Source: Sandaracinaceae bacterium
GTDB lineage: Bacteria > Myxococcota_A > Polyangia > Polyangiales > Sandaracinaceae
DNA: 27,895 nt
Reading direction: 5' to 3'
NCBI GenBank assembly: GCA_044220955.1
Contig: JBGAQA010000003.1
Span: 124,966-152,860, forward strand
The notes under the pieces were generated by a model. It did no database searches. It was given only the letters and a program-made list of their open reading frames with translations, and had not been told where the DNA came from. This document shows positions 1 through 8,194 of the stretch, piece by piece. Position numbers and translations under genes: made by a program. The stretch's first letter is position 1; each line of letters begins with the position of its first letter.

Positions 1-97
1 CGCGGTCCATCCACTCGGCGCCGGCGATCTCGCGTCGCTCGGCCTCGGTGATCAGCTCTCGGATGGACATGCGGCTGCGGTCGGGGTGGCGGGTCAT
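1..97 (-). CDS. 5' part of a gene running off the window edge (MTRHPDRSRMSIRELITEAERREIAGAEWMDR...), hypothetical, possibly with a Rho-N-like domain
   Basis: ATG at 97-95 overlaps the ribF TGA (ATGA overlap) and the frame is open to the window edge. Only 32 codons are visible. Confidence 0.55.
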   Translation of the reverse strand, partial: MTRHPDRSRMSIRELITEAERREIAGAEWMDR

Positions 98-1014
98 CCT
101 TCGGCTCCTCGGGGTGTTCGCGCGAGCGCCGCGCGTGCTCGGTCGACGTCGCGGCGGATCTGCGCGACCAGCGCGTCGACGCCCTCGAACTTCTGCTCGT
201 CGCGGATGCGCGCGACGAACGCGAGGCGCAGCCGCGCGCCGTAGAGGTCGCCCGCGAAGTCGAAGAGGTGCGCCTCGAGCGAGCGGCCCGCCGCGAACGT
301 CGGACGCGTGCCGAGGTTGGCGACTCCCTCGACCCAGCGTCCCTCGCTCGTGCGCGCACGGACGGCGTACACGCCGTCGCGCGGAAGCAAGACCGGGTCG
401 GCAACGAGGTTCGCGGTCGGGAAGCCGATCGCGCGCCCGCGCTTGTCTCCTTCGACGACCGTTCCGTCGACGGAGTGCGGTCGCGTGAGGAGCAGCGCCG
501 CGTGGGCCACGTCGCCCGCAGCGACCGCCGTCCGCACGGCCGTCGACGAGACCCGCTCGCTCGTCCCGGCGAGCATCACCTCGCCGAGCGCCTCGACGTC
601 GATCCCGCGCCGCGCGCCCATCTCGCGCAGGCCGGCCAGATCTCCGTCTCGTCCCTTGCCGAAGCGAAAGTCGACCCCGACGACCACCGCCCGGGCACCG
701 AGGCGTCCGGCGAGCTCGTTCGTGATCCACGCGTCGGCGCTCTGCGACGCATACGCGGCGTCGAAGCGCGCGACGTCGACGCGGTCGGCGCCCGCCGCGC
801 GGAGCAGCTCCGTGCGACGCGCGATGGTCGTCAGCGGCACGGGGGCGCGCTCGGGGGCGACGGTCGCCATCGGGTGGGGATCGAACGTGAGCGCCACCAC
901 CTCGAGGCGCTCCCCCGCGAGCACGCGGGCGCGCGCGAGCAGGGCCTGGTGCCCGGCATGCACGCCGTCGTGATTGCCGGGGACGACCACGCTCCCGGGC
1001 CCGCTTCCGCCCAT
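94..1014 (-). CDS. ribF: bifunctional riboflavin kinase / FAD synthetase
   Basis: GNHDGVHAGH (GxFDGVHxGH-like), LTFDPHP, VGVDFRFG, VSSTAVR, GRAIGFPTAN, GVYAV, NLGTRPTF, EAHLFDF, RIRDEQKF. Start moved to ATG 1014 with GGAG upstream; the longer ORF is antisense shadow of the M23 gene. Confidence 0.95.
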   Translation of the reverse strand: MGGSGPGSVVVPGNHDGVHAGHQALLARARVLAGERLEVVALTFDPHPMATVAPERAPVPLTTIARRTELLRAAGADRVDVARFDAAYASQSADAWITNELAGRLGARAVVVGVDFRFGKGRDGDLAGLREMGARRGIDVEALGEVMLAGTSERVSSTAVRTAVAAGDVAHAALLLTRPHSVDGTVVEGDKRGRAIGFPTANLVADPVLLPRDGVYAVRARTSEGRWVEGVANLGTRPTFAAGRSLEAHLFDFAGDLYGARLRLAFVARIRDEQKFEGVDALVAQIRRDVDRARAALARTPRGAEG

Positions 1015-1173
1015 GCCGACATTTGCTCCGACGAGCGATCGCTGGGCAAGAAACCCGCGTCGCACACGCGCGCACATCCGCGCCGATGTGGCTCGAAAAA
1101 GTGCAGGTCCCGGGTCGAATTCCGCGAAAAGTGCTTCCGACGGGCGCGGAACGTCGCTTAGCGTCTTGCACTC

Positions 1174-2154
1174 GTGGGCCGGCTCTGCACGACGACGCTC
1201 CTGCTCGCGGCGCTGCTCTGCGCGCTGCCGGTGCTCGCTCGCGCCCAGGAAGCGGTGTCGGAGGACGAGCACATGCTCGCCGCCGTCGGGCGCTCGGAGC
1301 GGGCTCCTCCGCTCGCCGCGCCGCGTGACGCTCGCTCGGCCGAGGCCCTGCACGCCATCGGTCGCGTGGTGATCGAGGAGCGCACGCCCGAGGCGTGGTG
1401 GTCCCGCGCCGCCGACGCCTACCCTCTCGAGCCCGCCCGGCAGCGCGCGCGCATGCCGCGCCGGTGCAGGACGCGCGGTGGCTACCGCGCCTTCTGCCAG
1501 GGCGAGCGGATCGTCCCGACCCCCAGCGGTCCGGCGGCCGAGCTGGCGGCGTGGCTCGGCCTGGGCCACCGCGCGACGGCCCTGCAGATGATGCACGAGC
1601 CGGCCTTCGACGAGTGGCGCGCGGCCGTCGACGGGATCGACTCCGAGACCCGCCTCACGTTCCCCGTCCCCGTCGGCCACATGGGGCGCGGCTTCGGCTT
1701 CACGCGCGACGCGGGGCTGGCCCACACGCGCCACGACGGCGTCGACATCGGCGCACCGGAGGGCTCGGACGTCGTCGCCGCGCGTGGCGGGCTCGTGATG
1801 TACGCCGACAACGGGATCACGGGGATGGGCAACGTGCTCATCGTCCTGCACGAGGACGGAAGCTCCGCGCTCTACGCGCACTGCCACGAGATCTTCGTGT
1901 TCGCCGGGCAGTACGTCGAGCGCGGGCAGCGCGTGGCGCTGGTCGGCGAGACGGGCTTCGCGCGCGCACCGCACCTGCACTTCGAGTGGCGCACGCGCGG
2001 CGCCGCCCACGATCCGGCGCGGCAGTTCCTCCCACGCCACCCCGACGACGACGGCGAGGCGCCGGTCCACGACGCGGTCGCGGATTTGCACGATCCGGCG
2101 GCGATCCACGACGAGCGCTCGGCGATGGTGGTGCGGCAGGACGCCGAGGACTGA
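1174..2154 (+). CDS. secreted M23-family metallopeptidase
   Basis: Signal peptide (LLLAALLCALPVLARA), HDGVD (HxxxD), GNVLIVLH, LYAH, VGETG, PHLHFE (HxH). Confidence 0.88.
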   Translation: MGRLCTTTLLLAALLCALPVLARAQEAVSEDEHMLAAVGRSERAPPLAAPRDARSAEALHAIGRVVIEERTPEAWWSRAADAYPLEPARQRARMPRRCRTRGGYRAFCQGERIVPTPSGPAAELAAWLGLGHRATALQMMHEPAFDEWRAAVDGIDSETRLTFPVPVGHMGRGFGFTRDAGLAHTRHDGVDIGAPEGSDVVAARGGLVMYADNGITGMGNVLIVLHEDGSSALYAHCHEIFVFAGQYVERGQRVALVGETGFARAPHLHFEWRTRGAAHDPARQFLPRHPDDDGEAPVHDAVADLHDPAAIHDERSAMVVRQDAED

Positions 2155-2167
2155 CGCGCTCCCTAAC

Positions 2168-2184
2168 CTGACGGCGCCTGTCAG
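2168..2184 (+). terminator. short imperfect hairpin after the M23 gene
   Basis: CTGAC-GGCGCCT-GTCAG inverted repeat starting 13 nt after the stop; no U-tract. Confidence 0.3.
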
Positions 2185-2194
2185 CGCTCCGGCC

Positions 2195-2200
2195 TAGAGT
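2195..2200 (+). promoter_or_regulatory. putative -10 box of a leaderless lhr transcript
   Basis: TAGAGT (TANNNT) 6 nt before ATG 2207; no SD. Confidence 0.5.
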
Positions 2201-2206
2201 GGCTCG

Positions 2207-5200
2207 ATGAAGGTGCGCCCCGACGTGCTGGAGCGGTTCTCGCCGGCCACGCGTACGTGGTTCGAGGAGACGTTCGAGCGTGCGACCGACGCGCAGCGTG
2301 CGGCGTGGCCGAGCATCCTCGAGGGCCAGAGCACGCTGCTGCTCGCCCCGACGGGATCGGGAAAGACACTGGCCGCGTTCCTGGCGGCCATCGACCGTGC
2401 GATGGCCTCGCCGGAGCCGCCGCGCGCCGCCCGCTGCCGCATCCTGTACGTCTCGCCGCTCAAGGCGCTCGCCGTCGACGTCGAGCGCAACCTCCGCTCA
2501 CCGCTGGCGGGGATCACCAGGACCGCCGAGCGGCTCGGGATCGCGTACCGCCCGCTCCAGACCGCGATGCGGACGGGTGACACCCCCGCGGGCGAGCGTG
2601 CCCGCATGCTGCGGCGGCCACCGGATCTGCTGATCACGACCCCGGAGTCGCTCTACCTCATGCTGACGTCGGGCGCGCGCGAGGTGCTGCGCTCGGTCGA
2701 CACGGTGATCATCGACGAGATCCACGCGGTCGCGCCGACGAAGCGGGGCGCCCACCTGTTCGTCTCCCTCGAGCGGCTCGAGGCGCTCCGGCCCGGCGAC
2801 GCCCGCCCGCTCCAGCGCATCGGCCTCTCCGCGACGCAGCGTCCGATCGAGGAGGTGGCGCGCCTGCTCGGCGGCATGCAGCGGAGCGCCGGTGGAGCGC
2901 TCGTGCCGCGGCCGGTCGAGGTGGCCGACGCGCGGGCCGAGAAGCCGATCGAGCTGACGATCGAGGTGCCGGTCGACGACATGACGCAGCTCGGCGCCAG
3001 CGAGCGGCCCGGGGCCCTCCGCGGCGACTCGGCCGAAGGCGGTCCGGCGCGCAGCATCTGGACGTCCATCCACCCGCGCCTCGTCGAGCTCGTGCGCGCG
3101 CACCGCTCGACCATGATCTTCGTGAACAACCGGAGGCTCAGCGAGCGCCTCGCGGCGGCGCTGAACGAGACGGCCGGCGAGAGCATCGCGCGCGCGCACC
3201 ACGGGAGCGTGGCGCGCGAGGAGCGCGTCCAGATCGAGGACGCGCTCAAGAGCGGTCGCCTGCCCTGCATCGTGGCCACGAGCTCGCTCGAGCTCGGCCT
3301 GGACCTCGGGGCGGTCGACCTCGTCGTGCAGATCGAGGCGCCCCCCTCGGTCGCGAGCGGCATCCAGCGCGTGGGCCGCGCGAGCCACCACGTCGGCGGC
3401 ACGCCCCGCGGCACCATCTTCCCCAAGCACCGCGCCGACCTCCTCGCCACCGCCGAGGCGGCGCGGCGGATGCGCGCGGGCGAGATCGAGGAGACGCGGC
3501 ACCTGAAGAACCCGCTGGACGTCCTCGCCCAGCAGATCGCCGCGATCGTGGGGACCGAGGGCGCGATCGCCGTGAGCGCGCTGCACGACCTCGTGCGCGG
3601 CGCGGCCCCATTCGCCGAGCTCTCGCGCGGCATCCTCGACGGCGTGCTCGACATGCTCTCGGGCCGCTATCCCTCCGACGAGTTCGCCGAGCTGCGGCCC
3701 CGGCTCACCTGGGATCGCGAGACGGACACCCTCACGCCCCGCAAGGGCACCCAGCGGCTCGCGATCCTCAACGGCGGCGTCATCCCCGACCGTGGGCTCT
3801 ACGGCGTCTTCCTCGACACGGGGGACACCAAGACGAGCAAGCGGGTCGGCGAGCTCGACGAGGAGATGGTGTTCGAGGCGCGAGAGGGCGAGATCTTCGT
3901 CCTCGGCGCCACCAGCTGGCGCATCACGAACATCACGCAGGACCGCGTGCTCGTCGTGCCGGCGCCCGGCCAGCCCGGCAAGATGCCCTTCTGGCGCGGC
4001 GACCGCGTCGGGCGGAGCGCGTCGCTCGGCCGCGGGATCGGCGCGCTCACCCGCTTCCTGTCTCGCGCCACCGACGAGGGCGCGATGGCGCGGCTGACCG
4101 AGGAGCACTTCCTCGAGGCGCGCGCGGCGGCCAACCTCGTCCGCTACGTGCGCGACCAGAGCGAGGCGCCTTACGTCGTCCCGACCGATCGCGCGATCGT
4201 GATCGAGCGCTTCAAGGACGAGATCGGCGACTACCGAGTCTGCATCCTCTCGCCCTTCGGCGCGCGCGTGCACGCGCCGCTCTCGACGTGCATCGTGACG
4301 AAGGCGCGCGAGCAGCTCGGCGTGGAGTGCGAGTCGGTCTACTCGGACGACGGCCTGGTCCTCCGTTTTCCCGACGACGACGCACCGCCGGAGGTGGCGA
4401 CGCTCTTTCCGTCGCCCGACGAGATCGAGGATCTGCTCGTGCGCTCGCTCGGCGAGACGCCGCTCTTCGCGAGCCACTTCCGCGAGGCCGCGCAGCGCGC
4501 TCTCTTGCTCCCGCGGCGACAGCCGGGGAAGCGCTCGCCGCTCTGGGCCCAGCGCAAGCGTGCGTCGGACCTGCTCGCCGTCGCCTCGCGCTTCCCCTCG
4601 TTCCCGATGCTGCTCGAGACGTACCGCGAGTGCCTCGAGGACGTGTTCGACGTCCCGGCGCTCACCGCGCTGATGCGCGAGGTCTCCAAGGGCACGCTCC
4701 GCCTCGTGAGCGTGGACGCCGAGCGCGCTTCGCCGTTCTCTGCCTCGCTGCTCTTCGGCTACGTGGGCAACTTCGTCTACGACGCGGACGCTCCTCTCGC
4801 CGAGCGCCGCGCGCAGGCGCTCTCGATCGACCACGCACAGCTCAAGGAGCTGCTCGGCCAGGCCGAGCTGCGCGAGCTGCTCGACCCGGACGCGGTGGCG
4901 GACGTGGCTCGCTGGGCCCAGCGCACCGAGCGCGCGATCGACGATCCGGACGAGCTGCACGACCTGCTCCTGCTCCTCGGTGACCAGACGGGCGCGGAGC
5001 TCGACGCGCGGCTCGGCCAGAAGCGCGCGGCGATCCTCGGGCCGCTCCTCGAGCGCCGCCGCGTGATCGCGATCCGCATCGCGGGCGACGAGCGCTTCGT
5101 CGCGGTCGAGGACGCGGGGCGCTACCGCGACGCGATCGGCGCGATGCCGCCCCCGGGGCTCGCCGAGGCGTATCTCGCGAAGGTCGAGGCACCGATGCTC

Positions 5201-6688
5201 GATCTCGTGTCGCGCTACGCCCGCACGCATGGCCCCTTCGTCCCCGGCGAGATCGCGACGCGGCTCGGGGCCAGCGTCGAGGCCGTCTCGCGGGCGCTCG
5301 AGGCGCTCCTCGCGCGCGGTCGCGTGGTCCGCGGTGAGATCGACCCGACGCGCAAGGGCATCGACTGGTGCGACGCCGACATCCTGCGCGCGATCAAGCG
5401 GCGATCGCTCGCTGCGCTGCGCCGCGAGGTCGAGCCCGTCAGCCACGAGGCGTACGCGCGCTTCCTCGTTCGCTGGCACGGCCTCGACCGTCCGCGGCGC
5501 GGGCAAGAGGCCCTCCTCGCGGCGCTCGACAAGATCGCGGGCACGCCCATCCCGCTCCTGGCCCTCGAGCGCGACGTGCTCCCCGCGCGCGTGAGCGACT
5601 ATCGGCCCGGCGACCTCGACGCGCTCCTCGCGAGCGGCGAGGTCGTGTGGCGAGGCATCGAGGGCGCGGCCAGCGGCGGCGGGCGCATCGCGCTCTACGC
5701 GCGCCCCGAATTCGAGCTCCTCGCGCCGCCGGTCGTCCCGCGCGAGGGAGCCTTGCAAGGTGAGATCCGCGAGCAGCTCGCCTCCCGCGGCGCGGTCTTC
5801 TTCCACGAGCTGACGCGTGCGACCGGCGCGTTTCCCCCCGACGTCCTCGACGCGCTCTGGGATCTGGTCTGGTCGGGCGAGGCGACGAACGACACGCTGG
5901 CGCCGCTGCGCTCTCGCGCGCGCGGGGACGACAAGCGCGCGCGATCGCGAGTCCTGCCCGGGAGCGAGGGTCGCTGGTCCTTGCTCGTGCCGCAGACGAC
6001 ACCGACCGAGACGGAGCGCCGCACGGCCCTGGTCCGCGCGCTGCTGACGCGCCACGGCGTGCTCGTGCGCGAGGCGCTGGCGATCGAGGGCATCGCCGGC
6101 GGCATGAGCGCCGTCTACGACGTGCTCCGCGCGATGGAGGACGCGGGCCGCGTGCGCCGCGGCTACTTCGTCGAGGGGCTCGGGGCCGCCCAGTTCGCGC
6201 TCCCCGGCGCCGACGAGCCGCTCCGGGCCGAGCGCGAGCCGCCCAAGGACGCCCGCCCGATGCTCCTCGGCGCGACCGATCCGGCCAATGCGTGGGGCGC
6301 CGCGCTGCCCTGGCCCAAGCGCGAGGGCGGACAGAAGCCGATGCGCGCGGACGGCGCGCTCGTCGTGCTCGGCGCCGACGGGCGCCTCTTGGCCTGGGTC
6401 GGCCGCGCGGAGCGGACGCTGCTCACGTTCCTCGGACCGGACGCAGCGCACGACGCGGAGGTGATCGCGAAGACGATCGCCGGGCCCGTCGATCGCGGCG
6501 CGCGCGGTGCGATGCTCGTCGCGCAGGTCGACGGCGTCGCCGCGGAGAGCTCCGTGCTCGCCGAGCCCCTGAAGCGCGTCGGCTTCACGGCGACCTCGCG
6601 CGGCATGCTCAAGCGTGGCGCCCGCCGTCGGCACGGCGCGGACGCGGACGACGAGCTCGACCCGGACGAGCGTCGCTCCGACGCGTGA
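2207..6688 (+). CDS. lhr: Lhr large helicase-related protein (SF2), full-length form with C-terminal winged-helix/glycosylase-like region
   Basis: APTGSGKT, YVSPLKAL, TTPESL, IDEIH, GLSAT, AHHGS, ATSSLELG, QRVGRA, LDVLAQQ, VGELDEE, RRGYFVEGLGAAQFA; 1493 aa. Confidence 0.95.
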   Translation: MKVRPDVLERFSPATRTWFEETFERATDAQRAAWPSILEGQSTLLLAPTGSGKTLAAFLAAIDRAMASPEPPRAARCRILYVSPLKALAVDVERNLRSPLAGITRTAERLGIAYRPLQTAMRTGDTPAGERARMLRRPPDLLITTPESLYLMLTSGAREVLRSVDTVIIDEIHAVAPTKRGAHLFVSLERLEALRPGDARPLQRIGLSATQRPIEEVARLLGGMQRSAGGALVPRPVEVADARAEKPIELTIEVPVDDMTQLGASERPGALRGDSAEGGPARSIWTSIHPRLVELVRAHRSTMIFVNNRRLSERLAAALNETAGESIARAHHGSVAREERVQIEDALKSGRLPCIVATSSLELGLDLGAVDLVVQIEAPPSVASGIQRVGRASHHVGGTPRGTIFPKHRADLLATAEAARRMRAGEIEETRHLKNPLDVLAQQIAAIVGTEGAIAVSALHDLVRGAAPFAELSRGILDGVLDMLSGRYPSDEFAELRPRLTWDRETDTLTPRKGTQRLAILNGGVIPDRGLYGVFLDTGDTKTSKRVGELDEEMVFEAREGEIFVLGATSWRITNITQDRVLVVPAPGQPGKMPFWRGDRVGRSASLGRGIGALTRFLSRATDEGAMARLTEEHFLEARAAANLVRYVRDQSEAPYVVPTDRAIVIERFKDEIGDYRVCILSPFGARVHAPLSTCIVTKAREQLGVECESVYSDDGLVLRFPDDDAPPEVATLFPSPDEIEDLLVRSLGETPLFASHFREAAQRALLLPRRQPGKRSPLWAQRKRASDLLAVASRFPSFPMLLETYRECLEDVFDVPALTALMREVSKGTLRLVSVDAERASPFSASLLFGYVGNFVYDADAPLAERRAQALSIDHAQLKELLGQAELRELLDPDAVADVARWAQRTERAIDDPDELHDLLLLLGDQTGAELDARLGQKRAAILGPLLERRRVIAIRIAGDERFVAVEDAGRYRDAIGAMPPPGLAEAYLAKVEAPMLDLVSRYARTHGPFVPGEIATRLGASVEAVSRALEALLARGRVVRGEIDPTRKGIDWCDADILRAIKRRSLAALRREVEPVSHEAYARFLVRWHGLDRPRRGQEALLAALDKIAGTPIPLLALERDVLPARVSDYRPGDLDALLASGEVVWRGIEGAASGGGRIALYARPEFELLAPPVVPREGALQGEIREQLASRGAVFFHELTRATGAFPPDVLDALWDLVWSGEATNDTLAPLRSRARGDDKRARSRVLPGSEGRWSLLVPQTTPTETERRTALVRALLTRHGVLVREALAIEGIAGGMSAVYDVLRAMEDAGRVRRGYFVEGLGAAQFALPGADEPLRAEREPPKDARPMLLGATDPANAWGAALPWPKREGGQKPMRADGALVVLGADGRLLAWVGRAERTLLTFLGPDAAHDAEVIAKTIAGPVDRGARGAMLVAQVDGVAAESSVLAEPLKRVGFTATSRGMLKRGARRRHGADADDELDPDERRSDA

Positions 6689-6737
6689 TCTCTTCCGCGA
6701 TCGACCAAAAACCTCCAGGCTGCGTCCACACACCTCC

Positions 6738-7265
6738 GTGCAGGCCGCCTCCCAGAGCTCGACGCACGACTTCACGGCCGTGTTCCGCGAGCACGCACCG
6801 TCGGTGCATCGCGCCCTGCGCCGGCTCGGCGTCGGCGGGGCCGACGCCCCGGACGTGCTGCAGGAGGTGTTCGTGGTCGTCCACAAGAAGCTCCCCGGCT
6901 TCGAGGGGCGCTCGCAGCTGCGCACCTGGATCTACGGGATCGCGCTCCGCGTCGCGTCCGATCACCGCAAGCGCGCGTACGTGCGTCGCGAGCGGCCGAC
7001 GGACGCGCTCCCGGAGCGGGCGGGGTCCGCGCCCGAGCTGAAGGAGCTCGAGCGTCGCGAGCGCGTCGCGATGCTCGACCGGGCGCTCGCAGCGCTCTCG
7101 CCGGAGAAGCGCGAGGTGCTCGTCCTCTTCGAGCTCGAGGAGCTGACCATGAAGGAGGTCGCGGCGGCGCTCGAGTGCCCGCTGATGACGGCCTACGCGC
7201 GGCTCTATTCGGCGCGCGAGGAGCTTCGGAAGGCCTACGTCCGGGAAGGAGGGACGCCGTCATGA
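6738..7265 (+). CDS. ECF RNA polymerase sigma factor
   Basis: Region 2 (DVLQEVFVVV...FEGRSQLRTWIYGIA) and region 4 (LSPEKREVLVLFELEELTMKEVAAALECP...ARLYSAR). GTG 6738 is the inferred start. Confidence 0.93.
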   Translation: MQAASQSSTHDFTAVFREHAPSVHRALRRLGVGGADAPDVLQEVFVVVHKKLPGFEGRSQLRTWIYGIALRVASDHRKRAYVRRERPTDALPERAGSAPELKELERRERVAMLDRALAALSPEKREVLVLFELEELTMKEVAAALECPLMTAYARLYSAREELRKAYVREGGTPS

Positions 7266-7981
7266 GCGAGGAGCGCGAGCCGGTTCGCCTGCGCGACGAT
7301 CCCGCCGAGGACGCGGGCCTTCGCGCGATGCTCGAGGCCGCCCAGGGCGAGCACGCCGACGACGCGCTGCTCGAGCGCGTGCTCGCCGGCGTCCTCGCGG
7401 GTGGCGGCGGCGGTGGCGGGACCTCGGGTGGTGGCGGCGCCACCGCGTTCTCGAAGCTCGCCGCCTCGACGGCCGCCGCGGTGGCCGTCGCGGCGTCGGT
7501 CGCGTGGATCGCGAGCACGGGCGTGGGGCCGGCGACGCCCGCGCCGCCCGCACACGTGGTGCCCGGCATGGGCGACGCCGTGGCCCCGCTCGACGCGGGC
7601 CCGGCCGATACCGGCCGGAGCGACGCGGGCCCGGTGGCAACCGCGAGCGAGGAGGACGCCGACGCCGGCCGGCGCGTGCTCTCCCGCGCGCCCGCGCCGC
7701 CGCCCGACCCGGGTCCGGGCGATGCCGCGCTGATCCTCGCCGCGACACGCGCGCGCGTCTCCGATCCGGCCCGCTCGCTCGCGCTCGCGCTCGAGCACCG
7801 CGAGCGCTTTCCGGAGAGCGCGGCCACCGAGGACCGCGAGGCGCTCGTCGTGCTCGACCTCGCGGCCCTCGACCGCGGGCCCGAGGCGCGCCGCGCCGCG
7901 GAGTCGTTCCGCGCACGCTGGCCGCGCTCGGCGGCCCTGCCTCACATCGACGCCGCGCTCGCGCGCACGTCGAGCCCCTGA
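7262..7981 (+). CDS. putative membrane-anchored anti-sigma factor with C-terminal TPR-like helices
   Basis: ATGA overlap with the sigma gene, GGAGG SD. Short N-domain, Gly linker, hydrophobic AAVAVAASVAWIA, Pro/Ala spacer, helical C-terminus (DPARSLALALEHRERFP...AESFRARWPRS). Confidence 0.7.
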   Translation: MSEEREPVRLRDDPAEDAGLRAMLEAAQGEHADDALLERVLAGVLAGGGGGGGTSGGGGATAFSKLAASTAAAVAVAASVAWIASTGVGPATPAPPAHVVPGMGDAVAPLDAGPADTGRSDAGPVATASEEDADAGRRVLSRAPAPPPDPGPGDAALILAATRARVSDPARSLALALEHRERFPESAATEDREALVVLDLAALDRGPEARRAAESFRARWPRSAALPHIDAALARTSSP

Positions 7982-8170
7982 GCTTGCAGGGGCCCTGAGC
8001 GGGCCTCTCGCCGCACCGGCGGAGCCGGATGCGTCTCACCCCTCGCTCCGACTCGTCGCTTCGCTCGTCGCGAGGCACCCCGCTCGTCGCGCGCGGCCGC
8101 CGGATCGTGCCCGAGGCCGTCGTCGATTCAGGGACGGACCTCGAGCGGTCAGGGGCGTGAGCGGCTCGAG
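7974..8170. repeat. intergenic cluster of short hairpins / degenerate REP-like sequence
   Basis: GCCCCTG/CAGGGGC (7974-7993), CCGG-CGGAG-CCGG, CCTCGC...GCGAGG (8041-8075) enclosing CGCTTCGCTCG, CGCTCGTCGCG twice. Confidence 0.35.
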
Positions 8171-8194
8171 ATCGTACGCCCGTGCGCGTCGCGC

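Noticed and set aside
6712..6722. CCTCCAGGCTG shared with the minus strand at 17561-17571
   Set aside because: A single 11-bp match is plausible by chance in GC-rich DNA, and the positions relative to start codons differ.
2498..6925. 1475-aa antisense ORF over lhr (likewise 9268-11298, 13806-16655, 20981-23038, 26243-27790)
   Set aside because: Antisense shadow ORFs expected from extreme GC3 bias; no recognisable motifs, while the opposite strand has clear family signatures.
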